A stretch of DNA of 64,000 nt from an uncultured Planctomycetaceae bacterium (GTDB taxonomy: Bacteria; Planctomycetota; Planctomycetia; Planctomycetales; Planctomycetaceae), in the NCBI GenBank assembly GCA_963813715.1, contig CAWFAK010000016.1, positions 224,001 through 288,000 of the forward strand. The letters run 5' to 3'. The notes below the pieces were generated by a model. The model did no database searches. It was given only the letters and a program-made list of their open reading frames with translations, and was not told the DNA's origin. Position 1 is the first letter of the stretch. Every line of letters starts with the position of its first letter. Shown here piece after piece: positions 1 to 13,224 of the stretch. A program made the position numbers and the translations under genes.

Positions 1-27
1 GCGCCTCGTTCTTGCGGAGACTCGACC

Positions 28-633
28 ATGTTTTCTCTCCCGCGGTTTGCGGGTCATTCATTCCAAATTGTGCTGGCTTGTTTCGTCGTCGCGAGCACAT
101 TGGCCGGGTGCAGCCGGCAAAAGAGTGACACGGAGGCCGTCGACCAGTTTTTCCTGGACAACCCCAAGGCCAAACGCCAGACCATCGGCAAGTTCGCCGG
201 CCATGTGACAATCGACGGGATGCCGCCCGACAAGGCGGCCGGCCAGTTGTTCGTGTTGCTCAACGATGCGGAGCATCCCGTGCGGCTGCCGCCCCGATTC
301 GTCGCCTGCAACGAAGACGGCACTTTTGCCTTCACGACTTACCTGGCAGGCGACGGTGTCCCCGTCGGCAAGTACGTGATTGAGTTCGCGCAATTGAAAC
401 TCCCCCGTGGGGGACGCGGCCGCGCCGCGAGTGGCATTGCGCGAATGTACGGACAGCCCGACGGACTCAAGAATCTCTACAGCGATCCGGAAAAGAATCT
501 GAGCGACCCCAACCTGATCGTGACTGTCGAATCCCCCGGCCGCACCGATTACGAATTCAATCTGCAGGTGGCCGGCAAAGACGCAGTCGCGGCCCCGGGG
601 AAACTCGCAGCAGTAAGCATCCCCACGCTTTAA
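28..633 (+). CDS. Predicted lipoprotein of the planctomycete carboxypeptidase-regulatory-like type
   Basis: Lipobox LAGC; 'G.VTIDG', 'DGTFAFTTY..GDGVPVGKY' and 'LKNLYSDP' motifs typical of this family. Confidence 0.65.
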   Translation: MFSLPRFAGHSFQIVLACFVVASTLAGCSRQKSDTEAVDQFFLDNPKAKRQTIGKFAGHVTIDGMPPDKAAGQLFVLLNDAEHPVRLPPRFVACNEDGTFAFTTYLAGDGVPVGKYVIEFAQLKLPRGGRGRAASGIARMYGQPDGLKNLYSDPEKNLSDPNLIVTVESPGRTDYEFNLQVAGKDAVAAPGKLAAVSIPTL

Positions 634-709
634 TCCGGCTGGGGTGACGAACGGGTGGCGGTTCTCAGCAAAACCGCGGCGGGCGCTCGTCAGCAGGCGC
701 GAGGCGACC

Positions 710-1516
710 TTAGAAGATGTGCCCTTCCTGGGGACCGTCTTTGGTCAGCGTCAGGATTTCGGGGCCGTCGTCGGTCATCAGGATCGTGTGCTCGAACTGG
801 GCCGACAGGCTGCCGTCCTTCGTCCGCACCGTCCACTTGTCTTTGTGATCGAGCACCGTCTCCCAGGTGCCGACGTTGAGCATCGGCTCGATGGTGAAGC
901 AGACGCCGGGCGGGATCAGTTCGCCCACGTTGTTGGGGTGCGGGAAGTGAGGGATGCCCGGATCCTGGTGGAATTGTCGGCCGATCCCGTGCCCTTGGTA
1001 CTCCTTGACGACGGCAAAGCCCTCGGCCTCGGCGTGCTCGGAGATCGCCGCACCAATGTCGATCACCCGGCCATTGGGCTTGATCGCGCGGATGCCGCGA
1101 TAGAGACAGTCGAAGGTCACCTGCACGAGACGGCGGGCGGTGTCGGACACATTGCCGATGAGAAGTGTCTCGGACTGATCGCCGTACCAGCCGGCGACGA
1201 TCGTCGTCAGGTCGACATTGATGATGTCCCCGTCGCGGAGCACCGTTTTATCGGGAATCCCGTGGCAGACGACTTCGTTGATGCTCGTGCAGATGCTCTT
1301 GGGAAAGCCCTGGTAGCCCAGGCACGCCGGGATGTGGCCGTGATCGAGCGTGTATTCGTGGACAAGCCGATCGAGCTGAGCAGTCGTCACGCCGGCGACG
1401 ACCTTCGGGCGGATGAAGTCCAACAGCTGGGCGTTGAAGCGGCCCGCGGCGCGGAGCCCTTCGCGCTCGGATTCGTCATAAATCGGAATGGCCGGGGCGG
1501 AACGCTTTCGACGCAC
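710..1516 (-). CDS. map: Methionine aminopeptidase type I
   Basis: [32 protein letters not shown] and SAQFEHT motifs; GTG start at 1516 inferred (track ORF extends to 1900). Confidence 0.95.
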   Translation of the reverse strand: MRRKRSAPAIPIYDESEREGLRAAGRFNAQLLDFIRPKVVAGVTTAQLDRLVHEYTLDHGHIPACLGYQGFPKSICTSINEVVCHGIPDKTVLRDGDIINVDLTTIVAGWYGDQSETLLIGNVSDTARRLVQVTFDCLYRGIRAIKPNGRVIDIGAAISEHAEAEGFAVVKEYQGHGIGRQFHQDPGIPHFPHPNNVGELIPPGVCFTIEPMLNVGTWETVLDHKDKWTVRTKDGSLSAQFEHTILMTDDGPEILTLTKDGPQEGHIF

Positions 1517-1640
1517 GACGACTGGTTCTTTATCCGGATCGTTTATGATGGTCTCAAACCGCTGGTTCGCAGCCTTGCCAATTGTCGTGATCGCGGCGGT
1601 CAAGTTCAACTCGTTTGTCCCGCTTTGAAGCTGATCCTTC

Positions 1641-2431
1641 GTGACTCGTCGCGCGCCACGCAAGCAAAAACAATCCGCCTTGATGGGCAACCACCAGCGG
1701 TGCTGGATCTGGGGCCGCCTGCCCGTGATGGAAACATTGGAAGCGGGCCGTTGGCGTCCGCTGGAAATCCGGCTCGACGAACGGCTGCCGGCCGCAGGAA
1801 CGCGACGAGGTCCTGCGGCACGCGGAGCGGCTGGACGTGCACTGCGACTTTCGAGCCTGCGGCGGCGCTCGAGCGCTTGTGCCGTTCTGGCGAGCATCAA
1901 GGTTACCTCGCCAAGATGCCCCCCTATCCGTATGAAGATGCGGACGATCTTCTCCAGTCACGCCCACCTGTTCCGTTTTATATCGTCTTGGACGCCATCC
2001 AGGATCCATTCAATTTTGGCGCCGTTCTGCGGAGCGCGGACGCCTTTGGCGTGGATGGCGTGTTTGTTGGCGCGACGCAGCAGGCGGAAGTTTCGAGCCT
2101 GGTCGTGAGGGCCTCCTCGGGAGCCGTCAATCACGTGCGTCTCGCCCGCGTCGATGAATTGCCGACGTGGATCGCGCGGCTCAAGGCCGAGGGCGTACGC
2201 GTCGTCGGCACGGCACCGGCGGCGCGGCGTGACGTCTCGCAAGTCGATCTCCGCGGCCCGACGGCACTCGTTCTGGGTAATGAGGCGGTCGGAATCCGCC
2301 CGCAGATTCTAGAGCTGTGCGACGAGCGCGTCGCCATTCGCCAGCACGGCCGAGTGGGCTCGCTGAATGCGGCTGTGGCAGCCGGGATTTTGTTCTACGA
2401 GGTTGCGCGGCAGCGCACGCGGCGTGTCTAG
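1641..2431 (+). CDS. SpoU/TrmH-family RNA 2'-O-methyltransferase (RlmB-like), frameshift near 1790-1840
   Basis: N-terminus in ORF 1641.. ([12 protein letters not shown]); C-terminus in ORF ..2431 ([34 protein letters not shown]). Confidence 0.85.
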
Positions 2432-2488
2432 ACGCCGCAGGTTCTGAGACTCTCGGCCGCTGACTTTGTTCCGCCGCGGCTGGTCGGG

Positions 2489-3403
2489 GTGGAAATGAGT
2501 TGCCGCGTCGCGCATGCTCAACTTGTGGCAGTCCACCTGAGAAATCCTCATAGCATTCTCGCGACGTTCGCGAGGCGGCCCGAAGCGGTCATCGACGTGC
2601 GATTGCCCGCGGGACCGGCGTCGGACGCGTGGCGGGACGTCGAGCGTTTGGCGCGGGAATATCGCGTCCCGGTCGTCCGCGGCGCCACGCACGGCGAGCG
2701 GGTCGGTCGCCGCGGCCAGCGCGAGGCGGAGGGAGGCCGTGGGGGAATTGCCGAAGCGACCGTCAAGGAACACCCCGAGGTGCCGCTGGAAGTCTTGTTC
2801 GGCGTCGACTCGCCCGCGAGCGGGCAGGCCGACAGTGTTCAGGACAACGGTGTCCCGGACAACGGCGCTCAAGACAGCGTCGCCCAAGACACCGGCGGGC
2901 GGCGCTCGGGCCATCGGCTTTGGCTGGCCCTCGATCAACTGCAAGACCCGCACAACGTCGGGGCCATCTTTCGCACGGCCGCCTTCTTCGGTATCGCCGG
3001 CATCCTGCTGACGCGCGATCGGTCCGCTCCGCTCAACGGCACGGTTTATGACGTCGCCTCCGGAGCGCTCGAGGTTGTTCCTTTTTCGCACCCGGCGAAC
3101 CTGAGCCGCGGCCTCGAGATCGCCAAGGCTGCCGGCCTGTGGGTGCTGGGGGCTTCGGAGCATGCAGAGCAGGATGTGTGCGCCGTCGATCGCGATCGCT
3201 CGTGGCTCTTGGTGTTGGGCAATGAAGAGCGCGGCTTGCGGCGTTTGACACTCGACACCTGCGACGAAACATGCCGCCTGACCGCGCGGGGCGAGATCGG
3301 CTCGCTCAACGTGTCCGTCGCCGCCGGTGTGCTGATGGCCCTGCTGTCGCCCGGAACCGGCCGTGACCAAAGTCCGCTGGCGGGCAAGCCGCGACTCGAC
3401 TGA
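2489..3403 (+). CDS. Second SpoU/TrmH-family RNA methyltransferase
   Basis: LDQLQDPHNVGAIFRTA, LGNEERG, SLNVSVAAG motifs; true start may be the GTG near 2526. Confidence 0.9.
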   Translation: MEMSCRVAHAQLVAVHLRNPHSILATFARRPEAVIDVRLPAGPASDAWRDVERLAREYRVPVVRGATHGERVGRRGQREAEGGRGGIAEATVKEHPEVPLEVLFGVDSPASGQADSVQDNGVPDNGAQDSVAQDTGGRRSGHRLWLALDQLQDPHNVGAIFRTAAFFGIAGILLTRDRSAPLNGTVYDVASGALEVVPFSHPANLSRGLEIAKAAGLWVLGASEHAEQDVCAVDRDRSWLLVLGNEERGLRRLTLDTCDETCRLTARGEIGSLNVSVAAGVLMALLSPGTGRDQSPLAGKPRLD

Positions 3404-3711
3404 GCTCGCCGAAGCCCAGTGCCACCCGGCTGAGCCGCCTGCCTGCCGCTACAAACGTGTCCCGCTATAAACGCGACAATCGGCGCATCCGGATCAACCG
3501 GACTGTCCCTCGGCAGGCCACGTGCCTCCGAACGGCAGGCGGGCTGCTTTGGCGCCGTGCGGGTCAAAAACTACCAGGAACGGGCGCACCCTACGACCGT
3601 TGCCGTCGTAAAGGTGGCCTCTCTTCAGCCTCTGTCTCGGCGCCCCTTGGTTGACGGCCACAAGCCATGGCATAGCCTTCCCTTCGGATTGTCCCGCGGA
3701 TTGGCCCAAGC

Positions 3712-5304
<1,593 letters not shown>

Positions 5305-5418
5305 CGGCTGCAAATTGCGAACGCTCGTCGCGGACGGGAACAGGCGCCGTTTAGAATGGGTGAGCTGCATTCCGACGGAGCCCGATCCTCGAACGCCGGC
5401 CTGGGAGACGCCTTTCAC

Positions 5419-7087
5419 GTGGAGCCGCATCCGCTTCGCTTCCTCCGCAATCTCGGTCGCAGCGGCGAGATTGCCGCGGTCTTCGTCAAGCACGGCTTCG
5501 GCGACGTCGTGGACCGCATCCGCATGCAGCGCTACGTGCCGCTGGGGCCGTCGCGTCATTCTGCGGCAGCCGACCCTGTCCGACGTTCACGAATCGCGGG
5601 CGCGTCGCTTTCGCCGGGCACTCGAAGACCTGGGTCCAACATTCGTGAAGTTCGGCCAGGTGCTCAGCACGCGTGCCGACCTGATCCCGCTCGACGTGAT
5701 CGAAGAGCTCCGGTTGTTGCAGGAGCACGTACGGCCCTTCCCCTACGAGGAAGCGATCGCGACGGTCGAGCGGGAGCTGGGACGGCCCGCCACGGAGCTG
5801 TTTGCCGTCTTCGACCCGAAGCCCATCGCCTCGGCATCGCTCTCGCAGGTCCACAAGGCGATCGGCCACGACGGCCGGGTGCTGGCCGTCAAAATCCGCC
5901 GGCCCAACGTGCCTCGCGAGGTCGAGCGCGATCTGTCGTTGATGACCGAGCTGGCGCTCTTGATCCAGAACCACATTCCCGAAGCGGACGTCTTCGATCC
6001 GGTGGGGCTCGTCAATCATTTTGCCCGCACGATCCGTCGCGAGGTCAACTTCTCCCGCGAGGGGCGAACCGTCGAGGAGTTTTCCCGTTTCTTTCGCAAC
6101 GATGCCACGCTCGTCATCCCCAAGGTGCACTGGGATCTGACCGCCGAGGCCGTGTTGACGATGGATTTCGTCGAAGGCTGCCGCATCGACGACCGGGTGA
6201 CGCTGGACGGTTTGGGCATTCAATCGCCGTTTCTGGCGGCCAACGGCGCGCGGATCTTCATGAAGATGGCGTTCGAGATCGGCGTATTTCACGGCGATCC
6301 GCATCCGGGGAACATGCGCGTCCTGCCCGACGGCACCATCTGCCTGCTCGATTTCGGCATGGTCGGCATCCTCGACGACGACAAACGCGAGCTCTTGGTC
6401 GATCTGTTCGTGGCCGTGCAGCGGCATGACGTCGGCCGCGCGGTCGAGCTGGTGCTCGCGCTCGGTCAGCCCTTTCGCCCGATCGATAGACCGTTGTTGC
6501 GGGCCGACGTTCGCGACTTCATCGAGAATTACTACGGCGTCCCGCTCGAGCAGTTGCACGTCGGCCGGATGCTGACGGACTTTGCAGCCGTCATGCTCCA
6601 TCACGGGATTCGCTGCCCGGCGGACCTGATGTTGTTGATCCGCTGCCTGGTGACGCTCGAGGGGGTGGGGCGGAGCCTGGACCCCGCCTTTAACCTGGCC
6701 GCCCACTTGGCGCCGTTCGTCGAGCGGATCGTGTCCGAACGTTACAGCCCGCGGCACATGGTCGACGGATTCCTCGACGAGTCGCGCAAGCTGGCCCAAC
6801 TGGCCCGCGACGTGCCGCACTACGTGGGGCGCTCGCTGGAGAAGCTCAGCAAGGGCGAGTTGCGCGTACAGTTCGAGCACACCGGTCTCGATCGGCTGAT
6901 GACCGAACTCGATCGATCGAGCAACCGGGTGGTAATTGGACTCGTCGTGTCGGCGTTGATCCTGGCCTCGTCTCTGGCGCTCCGCACCGGGTCGGAATCG
7001 GTCTGGTTTTCCGTTCCGCTATTCGTTTTGTCGAGTTTGCTGGGAATCTGGCTGATTTACGGAGTTTTCCGTAGCGGCCGATTGTGA
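5419..7087 (+). CDS. ABC1/UbiB-family atypical kinase, frameshift near 5545
   Basis: [42 protein letters not shown]; two C-terminal TM helices; N-terminus (VFVKHGFG) in a different frame. Confidence 0.9.
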
Positions 7088-7456
7088 CGGCACCCGCTGA
7101 CGCTCGCGAATTGCCGGGTCTGACGGATTTGCCGACGCGGACTGCCAACCGCGCCGTTGAGAGGCCGTCAAGCGACCATCAGCAGTTTCACCGACGCCCG
7201 CGCTGTCGATGCCGTCAAGCAACTGCTGCTTTCTTGGCACGCACGCAGGCGCCTCCGTGTGGCGATTTCGCCGCGCCCGGTTTGGCCGCGCGTTGACGCG
7301 GGGCAACGTCCTCGCACGATCACGCGGTGTTCGGCAAATCGCGCCAATTGCAATTTTGCGAAGCGCCAACCGCGACCTATGCTTGCGATAACATAGGTAA
7401 AAAAAATCCCATCCCGCTCTCAACCACTTGCGGAGGCAGCTCGCCGGAGGTAAGCC

Positions 7457-7630
7457 ATGAAAAGCTTGATTCGGTTCTTTACAGACGACAGCGCTGCAAC
7501 CGCGGTTGAGTACGCGGTGATGTTGTCGTTGATCCTGATGGCGGTCTTCGCGACCGTTGCAGCTCTCGGCGGGAATCTGAGCGCCAAGTACACGAGCATC
7601 GAGACTCAGATCACGGCCCACGGCGGCTGA
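7457..7630 (+). CDS. flp: Flp-family type IVb pilin (57 aa, not in ORF track)
   Basis: Hand translation MKSLIRFFTDDSAATAVEYAVMLSLILMAVFATVAALGGNLSAKYTSIETQITAHGG; TAVEY motif, hydrophobic helix, GGAGG SD upstream. Confidence 0.9.
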   Translation: MKSLIRFFTDDSAATAVEYAVMLSLILMAVFATVAALGGNLSAKYTSIETQITAHGG

Positions 7631-7711
7631 TCGTTAGCGGGTTCGCTCGTTAACGTTCGCCGCGCTGAGTGTTTGCAGCACGCGAGCGCCGCGAGCGCGA
7701 TCGAACGGTCG

Positions 7712-8452
7712 ATGACTGTTGACTGTTACATTGCCTTGGGTGGCAACGTCGGCGACGTCGAGCAGAATTTCCGCGCGGCCCTGGCCGGCCTGGCGGCCAC
7801 CTCTGGGGTCGACGCGGTTTCTCTTAGCCCTGTCTTTCGCACCCAGCCGGTCGGGCAATGGGCAGGGCGCGAATTCTTGAACGCGGCCGCCCGGGTCGAC
7901 ACGAGCCTCGAGCCGTTGGCTCTGCTCGAGCTGCTGCAGGAGCTGGAACGCCGGGCCGGACCCCGGACCGGTCCGCGGTGGGGACCGCGAGCTCTCGACC
8001 TGGATTTGATCTTTTACGGCGATCGGACCATCGACGATCCGCGCCTGCAAGTTCCGCATCCCGCGAGTTGGTATCGACGATTCGTGCTCGACCCGCTGGC
8101 TGAAATCGCCGGCGACGTGTCACATCCGACCAAAACGCGCACGGTGGCTGAGCTGCGCGAGCGTTTGCTCCGCCGCCCATTGCGACTGTCGTTAGCGGGG
8201 GCATCCCGCTCCGCTCGTGAGAGGCTCCGTCGCATTCTGGGAGGACCGGGCATTGAAATCGGCCATTGGGCCGACCAACCGGGGCGAGCGGGAGCGTCGG
8301 CCGACCCGGAATTGCTCGCGTGGCTGGGGCCGTCGGACGACGAACCGGAACTTCAGTTCAGCTCTTTGCCCGCGTTGCCGCGACTCGACGCTTCCGGCAC
8401 GACCGATCCGGTCGGGTTCTTGCGCGACGTGTTGCACTCGGCGCTGGGCTAA
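7712..8452 (+). CDS. folK: 2-amino-4-hydroxy-6-hydroxymethyldihydropteridine diphosphokinase with C-terminal extension
   Basis: YIALGGNVGD, FLNAAA, RWGPRALDLDLI, VPHP, RRFVLDPL. Confidence 0.92.
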   Translation: MTVDCYIALGGNVGDVEQNFRAALAGLAATSGVDAVSLSPVFRTQPVGQWAGREFLNAAARVDTSLEPLALLELLQELERRAGPRTGPRWGPRALDLDLIFYGDRTIDDPRLQVPHPASWYRRFVLDPLAEIAGDVSHPTKTRTVAELRERLLRRPLRLSLAGASRSARERLRRILGGPGIEIGHWADQPGRAGASADPELLAWLGPSDDEPELQFSSLPALPRLDASGTTDPVGFLRDVLHSALG

Positions 8453-8491
8453 GCCGCGAAGCGACGATCGAGATCGTCACGGTCGAGATCG

Positions 8492-11382
8492 TCACGGTGT
8501 GCTAGACGGTCGCAGGCGGAGCGGGTTCAAAAAACCGGACATGGGGGACACGCGCTGGGCGTCCGGGCGCTCGAACGGGGGATCGGACTCGCGGGCCGCG
8601 CGAATCGTGGCGACCTGGTGGGGGATCACCTGCAGGTCGTCGAACAGCACCTCGCCCATGCCGTGCAGCGTGAGAGTCAGCGTGTAGGGCCCATCCGCGC
8701 GGACCTCGCGGAGTGTTTGGAAGCGCTGCCAACCGCTTTTCTCAGTGAAACGCAAGGCGCCGAGCATCCGGTCGATGTTGTCGTGCACGGTGATTCCGTC
8801 GAGGCTGTGAGCCGGCGGCGCGATGACTTTCACCCAACCGCTCACGTGCAGGATCTGTCCACGGCGGACCATCATCGCCGGGCTGGTGACTGCGACCGGC
8901 GGCTTGGTGATGATCTCCGGCGCGTCGATTCCCGTGACGGGAATGGCGATGAGGCGTAGCGACGATTTTCCCTTGTGCGGGGAGGGATAGGTTTCAGCCC
9001 TGACACTAACCCCTTCGGTCGGGTGCTGCGATTGCGTCCAGCCGGCCAGGATGGCCCGCTTGTTCTCGAAGTCTCCCGAGGGGAGCCGGTTCTCCTGGGG
9101 GTTGTCTGCCGTCCGTCCCAGCCGCTGGATGAGACGGTGGTGATCGGGCAAAGTCTGGAAGCAGACCGTGTACGGGCTGGTGATCGGGCCGTATTCGCTC
9201 TGGGTGACCGATTCATTCCAGTACGCGTATTGCAGCACGCGTAAGGCCTGCATGCAGTCGCCGGCCGCGTCCCGAGCTTTCTCGAAATCTTTCCCCTGGA
9301 TGGCCCATTCAGCCTTCTGCAGGGATTGCTCGGCGCCGGAGATCAGTCGCAGACTGTCAGGTTGAGCGGCGCCCAGCTGCGTCAGCTCCGCATCGACCTT
9401 GCGCACGCGCTCGAGCTTGGCTTTGGCCAAGTCGATCGAAATCCGGCACTCGCCGGCGCGATCTGCCGAATATGTTCCTCGACCTGGTCTTTCCACCCGC
9501 TGTCCGACGACACAAGAATAATCGCCGTCTGATCGAACTTCGGCAGCGTCACCAGGTAGTTCCCGACCGTCTTCTGTTTGGCGAGGGACAGCAGTCCGGT
9601 CGTCTTCAGCTCCCAAAAACGGGCCGTTTCGGACGGTTCGGGGATCAGTACCTTGGCGTCTTTTGCGGCGAGCTTGCCCGGCACGTACTGCGCGTCATGA
9701 GCGGGCCACGAGGCGACGACCAGCTTATAGCCGGGAGCTTGAAAGACGGTCGCGACCATTTCGGTCGGCATCAGCTTCTTGTTCTTGGCTTGCGTGTCGG
9801 CCTCGGCCAGGTTCTGGCGGACCGACCGTTCCAGGTCGCTGGCATCGCGGGGGAAATCGACGAGCTTTCGGGTCGGCTTCGGAAGTTTTTCGTCGACTCT
9901 GAAGGTGACGGCCTCGGCGAGGTTGGCCGTCGCCAAGAATGGTTCGATCAGCCCCAACTCGAGATTGAGCTGGGCGATCTGCAACCGTCGTTCGACGGCT
10001 CCGACGGCGTTGCTTTCCAGCGAAGTGCGGCTCCAATATCCGAATCCGCGGCAGCCCGCCATGATGGCCGAATACAACTGCAGCCGGATCTGTTCCGGCT
10101 CGAGCACGGCTGGGGCCATTCGAAACTCCGTCCGCCAGTCGTTCATGTTGGGAGCCGCTTCGGTCTGGATCCAGGTGAAGAGATACGTGCCGGGATTCGC
10201 GAGACGCGAGCGCTCCATCAGCCAATTGCGATAGTCCTTGAGCGTGAAGGACGTCCCGAAGACGTGGCGGCTGGTGCCGAGCATCGAGACGTAGCGCGAA
10301 TAGCCGCGCTCGTCCTCCACCACGTCGATCAGCGTGGGACGCCGCAGCCGATAATCGTGAGCCCGCAGCTGTTCGAGCCGCGCCATCACGTCTTCCCGAT
10401 CCTGCGACGACATCCAGGTGCCGAGATACCACAGCAGGATCTCGGGGGACTCGTACGCGCACGGCGTGGCCCGGACGCCCTCGGCCGAGAGTTGCTCGAC
10501 CGGCGCCGGGTCGGTGGGGGGCTCGGCAGCCGCAAAGATCCCGCGCTGGCGGAGCGCCGCGAGCCGCACGTGGTCCTTGGCGCTACGGACATAGACCGTG
10601 TTGACATGCAGTTGTTTGAAGGTCTCCAGATCCTCGGCATGGTCGATGACCATCACGGCCAGTCTCGGCCGGCCGTTGACCTCGAACTGCCCCTGGCGGA
10701 TCGCGGCAATCGGCTGCAAGGGGCGCGGCTGCTCGCGCACGGGCCGCGCTGCGACTTCGATCAATGGCTCGACGCGCGGATCGCTGAGTGCGATTTTCAG
10801 CGGCTCGGGTCCCAGCGGACAGGTGAGCGTCACGCGGTCGACGTAGCTACCCGAAACGTCGAGAGTCTCGGTCCGAAAGCGCCAGCGCAACAGGCGGATT
10901 TCCCGCTTCAACAACTTATCGAGAGGGCCCACCACCAGCTGCTGCCAGCGGCCAGTATCGGAATAGTCCAACCGCTGGTCTTCTTCCTGGATCCAGCTCT
11001 CGAGGGTCTTTCCGCTCTCGGGATCTTTTTGATTCGGAAACACGACGTGCATCAAGAAACGGGCTCCGGGCCGGTTCGCGCGGATCCAGACCGAGGCCTT
11101 GAGTTCGGGGAGCGTTAAACACGGTTTGGCCAGCCAATTGTCGAAGAAGATGGCCGCTCCGTTGCGACTCCCCTCGACCAGGACCTCTTCGCCGGGTCCA
11201 CCGTTATAGCCCCAGTGCGCATCTCGACGGTGCTCGACCTGACCGGGTGCCAGAGAGACTTTCCAGAGAAGCGCATCAGGGGCGGGAGCGGTCCCGTCGC
11301 CACGCGCAGTCACTGCCCAGCGGGGTGCGGCCACAACCGCCCCGCAGAAACAGATGACCCAGACGAGCCGAGCAACCCGCAT
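8492..11382 (-). CDS. Large secreted hypothetical protein, frameshift near 9450
   Basis: Overlapping ORFs 9382..11484 and 8492..9616 read as one protein; N-terminal signal-like segment; C-terminal 'N.LPSGDFE' carbohydrate-binding-like domain. Confidence 0.7.
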
Positions 11383-11772
11383 CGTGCTGCCGCATCCAAG
11401 GCCGAATCGAACCACGTCTCTGCGTTCGCTAGTCGCGCATTTTTCGTACCGCGCGCGGGCTTCGAGGGCCGGCGCACGGAGCACTCTGGCAAAACGTCAA
11501 GGCGGCCCGCGCAAACGTTGACGAAACGAAACTTCGAGGCCTCCGCGGGCCGCCAAACGTAAGTGGCGGATACTACTGGCTTTTGCACAATCGGCCAAGA
11601 TGAGGCGTGGCGTGCGGAGGACACGACCCATCATCGCCCGCAGTCGTCAAAGTTTCCGTAACTTACGCAGCCCAAAGGGCTTAATGTGGCGACTACTTGT
11701 TTTCGTCCTCGGTCCGGCACAGAATCTGTATCTACTCGATCGACACCAACGTCCCCTCTGACGCGACACAGC

Positions 11773-12048
11773 ATGCAGTCACGCTTGCCGGAAAACCCTC
11801 CCGACGAACTCCCCCGCGAACTCATCGATTTGGCGCGGACCATCGCGTCACTGCCGAACAGTTACCAGAACGAGCTGGAAACCGCTTACGTCCGCGTCGT
11901 CGACGCTGTCCGTCGCCGGCGTCGCATTTTGTCGCTAGTCCAAGAGGCCCTTTCTCAGTTGCGGCTCGACATCAAATACCTGATGTTCGACCTGGAAATG
12001 ACCCGCAAAGAGCGGGACGAGCTTCGCGAGCGACTGGGCGAACTCTGA
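11773..12048 (+). CDS. Small conserved coiled-coil hypothetical protein
   Basis: RRRRILSLVQEALSQLRLDIKYLMFDLEMTRKERD; coding-like composition. Confidence 0.8.
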   Translation: MQSRLPENPPDELPRELIDLARTIASLPNSYQNELETAYVRVVDAVRRRRRILSLVQEALSQLRLDIKYLMFDLEMTRKERDELRERLGEL

Positions 12049-12073
12049 GTCGGGTTGAGAGCCAAACGCCTCC

Positions 12074-12871
12074 ATGCCGCTCATTCTCTATAAGCTGGGC
12101 GGCAGCCTGCTCACACTCCCGGACCTCGATTCGCGGCTGATGGTTCTCTTCAGGCAGCCGTTGCCCGCTCTGCTCGCGGTCACCGCAAGCCGGCCCGTCG
12201 CGCGGGCACTCCTCGTGGGTGGCGGCCGCACGGCCGACGTCGTTCGCGAATGGGACCGTCGTCATCGGCTGGGAGACCAGCGGTCGCACGACCTGGCCCT
12301 CGCAGCGATGGGCCTCAACGCGCGGCTCGTCAAATCGTTGTTGCCCGCTGCGGAGTGGGCGACGAAAAGGAATTCGATCGGCCGGCCGCGTGCTGGCGGC
12401 CGCGTCGCCGTGCTCGATCCGCAGGCCGTTCTCGACGAAGCCGAACGACAAGCCGCTGCTCGACTGCCCCGCTCTTGGGACGTCACGAGCGATTCCCTCG
12501 CCGCCTTTCTGGCGATCGAGTGGGGCGCTCGGGCGATCGTGCTCGTCAAATCGACGCCGCGCCCCGGCAGAAAAAATGTCCTTGAGGCAGCGCGCCGGGG
12601 CCTGGTCGACAAGCACTTTCCAGAGTTGGCGCCGCGGATTCCGGTCATTGCCTGGGTCAACCTGCGCACCGGCAGCCCTCCGTTGAACGCTGGTTGTGAC
12701 CGCAAATCCAAGAGTGCCGCAACGCCTTGTTTGTCGCAGTGTTCGTTCGCCGATGCTCGTTGCACGCGTGTGAAGGCCGCTCTACACTACCGGCATGGCG
12801 AAGCGTTCTCCGTGGTACAAGGATGGCTTGTCGTTCACATGCACGCAGTGCGGGAATTGCTGCACCGGTGA
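12074..12871 (+). CDS. Amino-acid-kinase family protein, MfnE/Orf21-like
   Basis: KLGGSLL, VGGGRTADVVR, SWDVTSDSLAA, GLVD..F motifs; 3' end overlaps the next gene and may be over-extended. Confidence 0.75.
   Translation: MPLILYKLGGSLLTLPDLDSRLMVLFRQPLPALLAVTASRPVARALLVGGGRTADVVREWDRRHRLGDQRSHDLALAAMGLNARLVKSLLPAAEWATKRNSIGRPRAGGRVAVLDPQAVLDEAERQAAARLPRSWDVTSDSLAAFLAIEWGARAIVLVKSTPRPGRKNVLEAARRGLVDKHFPELAPRIPVIAWVNLRTGSPPLNAGCDRKSKSAATPCLSQCSFADARCTRVKAALHYRHGEAFSVVQGWLVVHMHAVRELLHR
12760..12788 (+). promoter_or_regulatory. Sigma70-like promoter of the YkgJ-family gene
   Basis: TTGCAC-17 nt-TACACT, ending 6 nt before ATG 12795. Confidence 0.55.
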
Positions 12872-13214
12872 GCCGGGTGTCGTGTGGGTCACCGAAGAGG
12901 AACTCGCCAAGATGGCCGAGGTCCGCGGTGAGTCGATCGACGAGGTGCGGAAGAATCACACGCGGCTGGTCGACAAGCGCGTCTCTCTGACCGAGCGTCC
13001 CAACGGCGACTGCACGTTCTTCGACCCGCAAACGCGGCACTGCACGGTCTACGGCGCTCGCCCCGCGCAATGCCGCACGTGGCCGTTTTGGAACTCGAAC
13101 CTCGAGAGCCGCGAGGACTGGAAGAGGACGCAACAGGCCTGTCCGGGAGCCGGACAGGGGCAGTTCTTCCCGCTCGAGGAAATCGAGCGACTGGCGCGCG
13201 TCATCGATATCTGA
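12795..13214 (+). CDS. YkgJ-family (CxxCxxCC) cysteine-cluster protein
   Basis: CTQCGNCC, DCTFFD, CTVYGARPAQCRTWPFW, CPG. Confidence 0.92.
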   Translation: MAKRSPWYKDGLSFTCTQCGNCCTGEPGVVWVTEEELAKMAEVRGESIDEVRKNHTRLVDKRVSLTERPNGDCTFFDPQTRHCTVYGARPAQCRTWPFWNSNLESREDWKRTQQACPGAGQGQFFPLEEIERLARVIDI

Positions 13215-13224
13215 GAGCCGCGAG

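Noticed and set aside
644..1640. Long antisense or alternative-frame ORFs (e.g. 5' part of 644..2431, 9472..11118, 55059..57005, 50999..52540)
   Set aside because: Shadow ORFs opposite well-supported genes, as expected in high-GC DNA
7371..7387. Sigma54 promoter for flp
   Set aside because: TTGC is present but the -24 GG is missing
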